A stretch of DNA of 54,654 nucleotides from a virus (taxonomy: Duplodnaviria; Caudoviricetes). The notes beneath the pieces are model-generated. The model was not told the origin of the DNA and did not search any database. It saw only the letters and a list, made by a program, of their open reading frames with translations. Shown one piece after another: positions 47,105-54,654 of this stretch. A program made the translations under genes and the position numbers. Each line of letters begins with the position of its first letter. Positions within the stretch are counted from its first letter, which is position 1. Location: positions 1-54,654 of the IMG/VR virus record IMGVR_UViG_3300034071_001887. One strand, written 5' to 3'.

Positions 47105-50100
47105 ATGGTAGATACATTTGAAAAGTTGGATATAGGACTAAGTAAGATTGACTATGTTGTTCATATATCCGATATACATATTCGTCTTACAAAACGCCAC
47201 GAAGAATATAGAGAGGCGTTTGAGAAGCTGTATGCCGAAATATCAAAGACGCCAGAAAACACGGTTATTATCAATACTGGCGACACACTTCATAGCAAAG
47301 TTGATTTGAGTCCAGAAGCAGTTCAGATTACAAGTGAGTTTTTTCATAAACTATCAGAACTTAGACCAACGATTATCATCGCAGGCAATCACGATTGTTT
47401 GCTTACTAATGCTACTCGTCTTGATAGTATTTCTCCTATCGTTGATAATCTAAAACACAAGAAGCTATTTTATCTGAAGAATACCGGATTGTATGGTGCC
47501 GCCAATCTGCTCATCAATAATATGAGTGTATTTGACGACGTTACCAAATACATCAAGCTCAAGAACGTAACTAAAAAGATAAATACCAGTTTTGATACAA
47601 AAATCGCTTTATATCACGGCGGCGTGCTAAATGCTCGCACAGATATAGGATATGCGGTCTCGGATAAAACAATAACCAACGAACTATTTGATGGGCACGA
47701 TATTGCCATGCTTGGTGATATTCATATGGCTCAAGATTTACAGCAATATGATGAAACTAATGAAAAACCTATTATACGTTATGCGGGTTCTCTTATCCAG
47801 CAAAACCACGGCGAAGCATTGCTTGGACACGGACTATCGTTGTGGAATATCAAGCAAAGAACATATTCTCATGTTGAAATACCAAACGACTATGGGTATT
47901 TTACGATAGATGTTGATGACGGCAAACTGATTACTGACATAACCACAATGCCACGCAAGCCAAAGCTGCGTGTGCGTTGTAAGGAAAGTGTTGCGACGGA
48001 AGTAAAGAAGGTAATCAATGAGCTACGCAAGACATATGAAATCACCGACTTGATTTATGTAAGAGTAGATACAGATGGTGCCACCAAGGTTGCTCAGGCA
48101 CAAAACATATCAAATCTAAATCAAATCGGCAATATTGATTACCAGAACAAAATCATCACGGATTATCTGCGAAAGAAGTTCGTGGATGTTATGGACGATG
48201 AAACTATTGACACCGTTTGTAAAATCAACAAGGAACTAAATACTGGACTAAGCAAGGATGATACATCCAGAAACATTCGCTGGAAGCCAGTCAAGTTTGA
48301 GTTCAGCAATATGTTCAGTTATGGCGAAAAGAACATTCTTGATTTTACAAAGCTTGAGGATGTATATGGACTATTTGCGGCAAATGCCAGCGGCAAAAGT
48401 TCATTGATGGATGCGTTGTGCTTTACGGTGTTTGACAAGAGTGCACGAGCATTCAAGGCCACCCACGTAATGAACTCGCAAAAGATGAGTTTTAGTGGCA
48501 AGTTCACGTTTGAGATAAACAATGTTCATTACGTCATTGAACGTGAAGGTAAGCGAGACAAAAAGAACAATGTCAAAGTTGATGTAAACTTTTACAAGCT
48601 AAACGGCGATGAAAAAGTAAGCCTAAACAGCGAGGCTCGCCGCAGCACCAATGAAATCATACGTGATTATCTTGGCGACTATGATGACTTTGTATTGACT
48701 ACACTTGCTCTACAAGGCAATCAAGGCTCATTCATTGATATGGGACAAACAGAACGTAAAGAACTATTGTCTCAGTTCATTGGTCTAAACTTGTTTGATA
48801 AACTGGCTTCTCTTGCCGCCGACAAGACCAAGGAACTATCTGGTGCGGTCAAGTTGTTCAACAAAGAGAATGGGCTGAAGAAAATAAGCCAAACCAGCAA
48901 TGACATAGAACTACTTGACTCTAAAATCAATGACTTGAACGCACAGAAAGAAACACAAACAGCGTTCAAGAATGAAGTTGATGCCGAAATAGACGCTAAA
49001 AAAGCTACGATTGTAAAACTTGAAAATGTTCCTACAAACATAATGCCTATTGTTCGTGAGCGAGATAATCTTGTATCAAAAAACAAGTCGGCAAATGAGG
49101 CGATTGAAAAGATTGATATTGAAGTATCAGCCAAGAAGCCAATATATGTTGAAGCCGCCAACAAGCTAAAAGAGTTTCCAGACGATCTCAAAGAAAAGCA
49201 CGACAAGTATCAGACACTAAGCAGAACCAAGCAGCGTATTGAAACCGAGATGGATAAACTCAAAACGATTGTGTCTGAAAAGCTGAAGAAGTTGGCTCAT
49301 CTTGATAAACACGAGTATGACCCCAACTGTAAATACTGTTGCGATAATATCTTTGTAAAAGATGCTATATCAACCAGAGAAAGCCTTGCCGCCGATAGAA
49401 CAGAAGCCAAGGAACTATCCGACGCATTATCAAACATCAAAACAGAAATGGAAGCATATGCTGAATATGTGTCAAAGTATGAAGAAAGCGTGAAACTAAA
49501 AGAAATACTCAACACGCTTACTGCTTTTATTTCCAAGAAAGAACTTGAAAAGACAAATCTAAAGTCCGGTGTTGAAAGAAATGATGCTCGCATCAAAGAA
49601 CTACAAGATCAAATTGAACTATATGAAAAGTCAAAAGAGATTGTAGAAAGCAACAAGGCTATAGAAGATATTGTCAATGAACTAAAAATCAAAGCATCAA
49701 ACATATCATCTAAGCTCAAAAACATAGAAAAAGAGCATATGGATGCGTATAGTAAGAAAGTATCTGCGGTTGATCAACTCAAAGAATCGGAAAAACAACT
49801 ATTTACAATACAGCAATACGAAGATGATTTGTCCGCATATCAATATTATATTTCTGCCGTTGGCAAGGATGGCGTGCCATATCAAATAATATCCGACGCC
49901 ATACCAAAGATTGAACAAGAAGTAAATAACATACTATCTCATATTGTTGAGTTTAGTGTAAGCATAGAAACAGACGGCAAGAATGTGAATGTATATATCA
50001 AGTATGAAGATAAGAAATGGCCGCTTGAACTATGTTCAGGTATGGAAAAGTTTATATCAGGTTTGGCACTTAGAGTTGCTCTAATTAATATAAGCAACCT

Positions 50101-50311
50101 GCCAAGACCAAACTTTCTCGTCGTAGATGAAGGAATGTCGGCATTAGATGCGTCCAACATGCCTATGTTGCATGCATTATTTGATTATCTAAAACGTAAT
50201 TTTGAGTTTATTATTATAATAAGCCATCTTGACGCTATGCGAGATATGGTAGACAAGCAACTTGAGATAAAGAAGGAAAACGGGTTCAGTAAGATAGATA
50301 ATACCGTCTGA
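47105..50311 (+). CDS. fused Mre11/SbcD nuclease and Rad50/SbcC ATPase (gp47-gp46-like)
   Basis: DIH, GD, GNHD, LGDIH phosphoesterase motifs; ANASGKSS Walker A; CKYC zinc hook; CSGME signature; VVDEG Walker B; ISH. Confidence 0.93.
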   Translation: MVDTFEKLDIGLSKIDYVVHISDIHIRLTKRHEEYREAFEKLYAEISKTPENTVIINTGDTLHSKVDLSPEAVQITSEFFHKLSELRPTIIIAGNHDCLLTNATRLDSISPIVDNLKHKKLFYLKNTGLYGAANLLINNMSVFDDVTKYIKLKNVTKKINTSFDTKIALYHGGVLNARTDIGYAVSDKTITNELFDGHDIAMLGDIHMAQDLQQYDETNEKPIIRYAGSLIQQNHGEALLGHGLSLWNIKQRTYSHVEIPNDYGYFTIDVDDGKLITDITTMPRKPKLRVRCKESVATEVKKVINELRKTYEITDLIYVRVDTDGATKVAQAQNISNLNQIGNIDYQNKIITDYLRKKFVDVMDDETIDTVCKINKELNTGLSKDDTSRNIRWKPVKFEFSNMFSYGEKNILDFTKLEDVYGLFAANASGKSSLMDALCFTVFDKSARAFKATHVMNSQKMSFSGKFTFEINNVHYVIEREGKRDKKNNVKVDVNFYKLNGDEKVSLNSEARRSTNEIIRDYLGDYDDFVLTTLALQGNQGSFIDMGQTERKELLSQFIGLNLFDKLASLAADKTKELSGAVKLFNKENGLKKISQTSNDIELLDSKINDLNAQKETQTAFKNEVDAEIDAKKATIVKLENVPTNIMPIVRERDNLVSKNKSANEAIEKIDIEVSAKKPIYVEAANKLKEFPDDLKEKHDKYQTLSRTKQRIETEMDKLKTIVSEKLKKLAHLDKHEYDPNCKYCCDNIFVKDAISTRESLAADRTEAKELSDALSNIKTEMEAYAEYVSKYEESVKLKEILNTLTAFISKKELEKTNLKSGVERNDARIKELQDQIELYEKSKEIVESNKAIEDIVNELKIKASNISSKLKNIEKEHMDAYSKKVSAVDQLKESEKQLFTIQQYEDDLSAYQYYISAVGKDGVPYQIISDAIPKIEQEVNNILSHIVEFSVSIETDGKNVNVYIKYEDKKWPLELCSGMEKFISGLALRVALINISNLPRPNFLVVDEGMSALDASNMPMLHALFDYLKRNFEFIIIISHLDAMRDMVDKQLEIKKENGFSKIDNTV

Positions 50312-50345
50312 TATATATTTATAACCATAGGAACTATAAAAACCT

Positions 50346-52559
50346 ATGGCACAAATATTTGACGCGGATTACAACTCTAACACCTACTTTTTTCTAACTA
50401 ATTTTAGTGATGTACTAAAAGCGGGCAAGAATTCGTTTACGGTAAATACAACCCCGTATGTTATACCTAATGCCCTACTCACGGTTAGGGTATATGACAC
50501 GCAAAACAATCTTTTACCGAGCGGTATAATCAAACCGACGAATGCTCTTTTTTCAGAGCAAACATTAACCGGTCAGTTATATTATGTAAATGTATCCAAA
50601 GATACAATCAATGGCATAGGAAAAATAGAAATAAAAGGGCTGGGTGTAAATCTGTTAGACTATACCGGTAGCATTGCTTATTATAATAACATAGGATACA
50701 AGATAAGCAACGATCAAAAACTTCCTCTTATTACCGCACCATCTTTGGATAAGATATTACAAACCGTAGAAGTTGTATGGACCAGAAACTTACTGATAGA
50801 TACTAGCAAAAAAACTGATTCTGAGGTAAGGTTTTTTACATCGCCATATATTAGAACAAAATCGGAAATATATTCACTGCCGTCATATCCAACGAGTTCA
50901 TATAGATTATCTTCTGGGTCTTTTTCTTCCATAGCGGTGTCTCCACGCAATAATTCAAATGGAGATTATGATTATCAGTTTGAAGATGCATCATATCAAT
51001 TATACTGGAAATCTGGAAATAAGTTTAGTGCCAGTATGGAAGGCGAAAACATACGCCTTAAAAATCCGACCGTAACAAAGTTTACATATACAAACTTTGG
51101 TGATAATAGAGTAGAGTATCAAGGCGTATTGAATACAGACTTTATCGCAAAAATAAAGCGAGTAGTAAATGAAACTTCGCTATTGCTTGATATACCATTT
51201 ACCACGGTGTCTGAACTTATCAACTCAACGAACGAGGATTCGCCATACGCCAAAAACAATCTTGTTCAGTTGAAAGGATATACGGTAATAGATGACGCCG
51301 CCAAGCAAACTGTATTTCACAAGAAAAATTTTTATGTATTAAGTTTGTCTGATGGTCAATATGAAATATTTCACAAACAAATACCAGTCACATTGCCAAG
51401 AACCACGACATATCTTGCATCTACACTGAACATTGAATGTAATAATGCTAGAACATTGTGTGGCGACTTATCATACTACAAGATATATGGCAGAAGTTTA
51501 AACACGCCAATATCAAAAACATTGCTGGCTGAAGGTAAGATTGAAGCAGAACACGTTATACGTTCAAAAAAGTTTGATAATGGACTGTATGATAATGCGG
51601 CATATTTTTATAACAACGCACACGTAAATAAGCATTGGTTTATAAAAGGCGGATGCGTTTTTGCTCAAAGCAACGAAGTGCTTATGAATGGTGCCAGAAT
51701 AAGCCACGCCGATAATAGTTCATTGAGTGATTATGTAATATTCAAGGATAATACATTTTCAGGTTCAACCGACTTTACGTATTATGGACCTAACTTGCTG
51801 AATAACTCATATTGGTATGCTAATACAGACGCATTTATAAACTATGGTATATATCCAACGTCGTCATATCTTGGCATAAATAACATTCCATATATATCAA
51901 ACTACAGTGCTTCACAAGAAAATCTAATAAACGGACAGATTCACGACAGTAATCCTATCAGATTACGTCAAAATACTTTATATAAGTTCAGTATGAAAGT
52001 AAAAGCGGGTGCCAATAACTCAAATGACGCCAAATTATATACTTATTATATAAGTGGAACAAATAAAAAAATGATCGGATATATAGACAGTTCATACAAC
52101 TTTGGTGCTAATGAGTCATACGAAAAGACATTTTTCAATGAACAAGAGTCATTTGGTACTATACTTCTCGCACCAAGCAAAGGCGAATGGAACATATCTG
52201 ATATTTCTATACAGCCATATCAAAATATAGATTATTCTATTGATAGTTTTAGCGTAAAAATACCATTTACACCCAAAGTGCCCAATGAACTATATGAAAT
52301 AGAAATGGAACTATATGATGCCCAAAACAGATTGGCATATGGCTCAAACTCATATACTTTTGCTTATAATAAAAGATTTATGCCATTAAAAACAAAAATA
52401 TTCGTAGATCCAACTGGTGCCGTAGTCAGCGACGTTCCATTGACCGTGATAAGTGGTGGTGGCGGAGGTGGCGGAGGTGGCGGAGGTGGCGGAGGTGGCG
52501 GCGGAGGTGGGACAATTATAGACATTGTTCTAGATGGTGGAGATGCTGGTTCTACTTGA
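50346..52559 (+). CDS. virion/tail structural protein with poly-Gly linker
   Basis: 737-aa beta-rich ORF; long Gly run then LDGGDA C-terminus; precedes tail fibre. Confidence 0.75.
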   Translation: MAQIFDADYNSNTYFFLTNFSDVLKAGKNSFTVNTTPYVIPNALLTVRVYDTQNNLLPSGIIKPTNALFSEQTLTGQLYYVNVSKDTINGIGKIEIKGLGVNLLDYTGSIAYYNNIGYKISNDQKLPLITAPSLDKILQTVEVVWTRNLLIDTSKKTDSEVRFFTSPYIRTKSEIYSLPSYPTSSYRLSSGSFSSIAVSPRNNSNGDYDYQFEDASYQLYWKSGNKFSASMEGENIRLKNPTVTKFTYTNFGDNRVEYQGVLNTDFIAKIKRVVNETSLLLDIPFTTVSELINSTNEDSPYAKNNLVQLKGYTVIDDAAKQTVFHKKNFYVLSLSDGQYEIFHKQIPVTLPRTTTYLASTLNIECNNARTLCGDLSYYKIYGRSLNTPISKTLLAEGKIEAEHVIRSKKFDNGLYDNAAYFYNNAHVNKHWFIKGGCVFAQSNEVLMNGARISHADNSSLSDYVIFKDNTFSGSTDFTYYGPNLLNNSYWYANTDAFINYGIYPTSSYLGINNIPYISNYSASQENLINGQIHDSNPIRLRQNTLYKFSMKVKAGANNSNDAKLYTYYISGTNKKMIGYIDSSYNFGANESYEKTFFNEQESFGTILLAPSKGEWNISDISIQPYQNIDYSIDSFSVKIPFTPKVPNELYEIEMELYDAQNRLAYGSNSYTFAYNKRFMPLKTKIFVDPTGAVVSDVPLTVISGGGGGGGGGGGGGGGGGGGTIIDIVLDGGDAGST
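52455..52511 (+). repeat. GGCGGAGGT 9-nt tandem repeat (poly-Gly)
   Basis: ggtggtggcggaggtggcggaggt... in frame. Confidence 0.9.
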
Positions 52560-52571
52560 TATTTATAGAAA

Positions 52572-54654
52572 ATGTCAACGATAAGAATTTCCAGAATTCA
52601 GTTAAAAAGAGATACTGCTGCAAATTGGACCGCAGCAAATCCTATTTTGTATGCTGGTGAATCTGGATTTGAACTTGATACGGGAAGACTAAAAATAGGA
52701 AATGGTACCGCATCGTGGACTAGTTTGCCGTATCTAAATTCTGGAGGTTCTGGTTCAATCGTGAGTGGTTCTATTGATTTAAGTCAAGTAAATCAAAATA
52801 TAATTCCTCAAACAGATAATTTGTATGATTTAGGAAGTCCATCCAAACGATGGAGAGATATATATGTAACTTCTGGGAGTTTATATGTAGGTTCGGTAAA
52901 ATTAACAGATCAAAATAATGGAACCCTTACAATACAACAGGGTGGCGGGCCAATAATAGCAATTCCTACAGAGTCCATCGATGTAGTTAGACAGGAACTA
53001 GGACTATTCTCTTCGTCCATATCTACCAACGTTAGAGTATTGGCTACGGCGTCAAGTTCTCTTAGTACAAGAGTTACTTCTCTAAACGACTCTCTGACCA
53101 GCGTATCTTCTTCTGTAATAATAAGATTAGATCAAGTTTCTGCGTCTTTATCTGCGAGTTATGGTGCATTTAGTGAAACTTTGATGCAGAATTCTGCATC
53201 AACTGCGGCATATGTAACTTCAGTATATGGCGCATTTTCCGATAGTTCTTCGTCTTTTGCCGCAAATATAAACAGTCTTGGTTCGTCGATATCAATAAAC
53301 AGCAGTTCTTTAGCAAGCTCTATAAAAACTATAGAAGCGACATTGACTACTACCAGCGAATCTATTGCGACTAGAATTGATACGATTGGCTCTACGGCAA
53401 CCTTTAATAGTGCGTCACTTGCCGCTTCAATAGATACTACATATACCACTTTTATAAATGCGAGTTCTTCTTTATCGGCAAAAGTAGAAAATCTTTCTTC
53501 TTACATAGCTGGTTCAGGTTCTTTGGATAGTGCATCATTAGCAGCAACAATAACTCAACTATCTTCTACACTAACAACTTTTAGCTCATCCGCCGCCACA
53601 CAGATTGTAGAATTAAATACGTCATTCACCAATGTTTCTGGAACTCTTGATTCCGGTGTTAAATCTATAAGAGATTCTTTTACTACAACCAGTGCGTCTT
53701 CTGCGTTAACTATAGATGAATTAAGAAGTTCTTTTTCAACTACAAGTTCTTTACTTGAATCTAGTATTTCTGGTATCAATTTGACCTTAACTGACGCAAG
53801 TTCTTCATTGGCTTCAAGGGTTGACACAATATCATCTAATATAATAAATGCAAGTTCTTCATTGGCTGCATCTATAACTACAGTAAATACCACATTCACA
53901 AATTCAAGTTCGTCTTTTGCTGGAAGAATAGATGTAATTGCTGCCGCTGCGGCTGGTACAGGTTCTTTGGATAGTGCTTCACTGGCCGCATCCATAACAG
54001 AAGTTAATACTGCGTTAACTAACACAAGTTCTTCATTAGCACTTAGCATAACATCATTCAGTTCTTCTTTTGCAAACACTTCGGCAGCATTAAATTCGTC
54101 TATAGAAACTATAAATAGTACAATAACTACTGACAGTTCTTCTGCCGCAACGAGAATGGACACTCTTCGGAGTTCTATAGATACAAATAGTTCTTCTCTG
54201 GCAGCAAGTATAACAACTACGGATAGTACTATAACTAGCAACAGTTCGTCCGCAGCGACCAGCCTGAGAAACTTGTCAGCGGCACTAAACCTGAGTGGTT
54301 CAGTCTTCACGGCAAGCATACAAAAGGTAGACAGTGCGGTCACCAACAACAGTTCGTCCGCAGCCACCAGCCTTGTCAATCTGTCTGCCGCACTCAACCT
54401 GAGTGGTTCAGTCTTTACGGCAAGTATACAAAAGGTGGACAGTGCGGTCACCAACAACAGTTCGTCCGCAGCCACCAGCCTCGTTAACCTGTCTGCCGCC
54501 CTCAACCTGAGTGGCTCTGCCTTCACAGCCAGCATACAAAAGGTGGACAGTGCGGTCACCAACAACAGTTCGTCCGCAGCCACCAGCCTCGTCAACCTGT
54601 CTGCTGCCCTCAACCTGAGTGGCTCTTCATTCACGGCCAGCATACAAAAGGTGG
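52572..54654 (+). CDS. tail fibre protein (Mtd/hyaluronidase-type N-terminal domain, Ser-rich coiled-coil shaft), truncated at window end
   Basis: Not in ORF track (no stop in window). IQLKRDTAANWTAANPILYAGESGFELDTGRLKIGNG..W..LPY; IIPQTDNLYDLGSPSKRWRDIY; ~18-aa SSSLAA repeats. Confidence 0.88.
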   Translation, partial: MSTIRISRIQLKRDTAANWTAANPILYAGESGFELDTGRLKIGNGTASWTSLPYLNSGGSGSIVSGSIDLSQVNQNIIPQTDNLYDLGSPSKRWRDIYVTSGSLYVGSVKLTDQNNGTLTIQQGGGPIIAIPTESIDVVRQELGLFSSSISTNVRVLATASSSLSTRVTSLNDSLTSVSSSVIIRLDQVSASLSASYGAFSETLMQNSASTAAYVTSVYGAFSDSSSSFAANINSLGSSISINSSSLASSIKTIEATLTTTSESIATRIDTIGSTATFNSASLAASIDTTYTTFINASSSLSAKVENLSSYIAGSGSLDSASLAATITQLSSTLTTFSSSAATQIVELNTSFTNVSGTLDSGVKSIRDSFTTTSASSALTIDELRSSFSTTSSLLESSISGINLTLTDASSSLASRVDTISSNIINASSSLAASITTVNTTFTNSSSSFAGRIDVIAAAAAGTGSLDSASLAASITEVNTALTNTSSSLALSITSFSSSFANTSAALNSSIETINSTITTDSSSAATRMDTLRSSIDTNSSSLAASITTTDSTITSNSSSAATSLRNLSAALNLSGSVFTASIQKVDSAVTNNSSSAATSLVNLSAALNLSGSVFTASIQKVDSAVTNNSSSAATSLVNLSAALNLSGSAFTASIQKVDSAVTNNSSSAATSLVNLSAALNLSGSSFTASIQKV
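54241..54654 (+). repeat. 108-nt tandem repeat (36 aa), at least ~4 copies, continuing past the window
   Basis: acagttcgtccgcagc at 54241, 54349, 54457, 54565. Confidence 0.92.

Noticed and set aside
53555-54643. 362-aa minus-strand repeat ORF
   Set aside because: Antisense shadow of the tail-fibre repeat; the + frame has a recognisable fibre N-terminus
52572-54654. Diversity-generating retroelement suggested by the Mtd-like N-terminus
   Set aside because: That domain is a generic fibre anchor; no reverse transcriptase or TR/VR pair in the window (cannot exclude beyond it)
1-54654. Stop-codon reassignment as in some jumbo phages
   Set aside because: Long conserved genes are intact in the standard code and tile the window; TGA and TAG occur at plausible gene ends

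Overview
AT-rich, gene-dense segment of a large (jumbo-type) tailed dsDNA myophage genome, almost entirely coded on the + strand in the standard genetic code. In order: (i) putative internal-head and small early genes plus phoH; (ii) three Pro/Thr (mucin-like) repeat proteins directly followed by a six-gene glycosylation cluster headed by a GT60-like polypeptide alpha-GlcNAc transferase; (iii) an accessory block with an HD hydrolase, sigma54-preceded hsp20, a candidate pseudoknot small RNA, a secreted Ig-repeat protein, a DNA methyltransferase, a permuted NlpC/P60 enzyme and peptide deformylase; (iv) a sigma-like transcription factor and a contractile-tail baseplate module (spike, gp25-like, gp6-like, large structural proteins); (v) RuvC-like resolvase, GIY-YIG endonuclease, primase and an Mre11-Rad50 fusion; (vi) tail-fibre genes running off the right end. 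The best candidate for an undescribed system is a phage-encoded mucin-type O-glycosylation locus with substrates and enzymes side by side, whose first and last enzymes share a C-terminal domain I do not recognise. Other notable signals: a recurring ATATTTAT motif upstream of genes, a shared N-terminal leader/Glu-cleavage pattern suggesting capsid-packaged proteins, and dense (S/T)-x-S motifs in virion proteins. All family calls come from motif recognition by eye; no database search was run.
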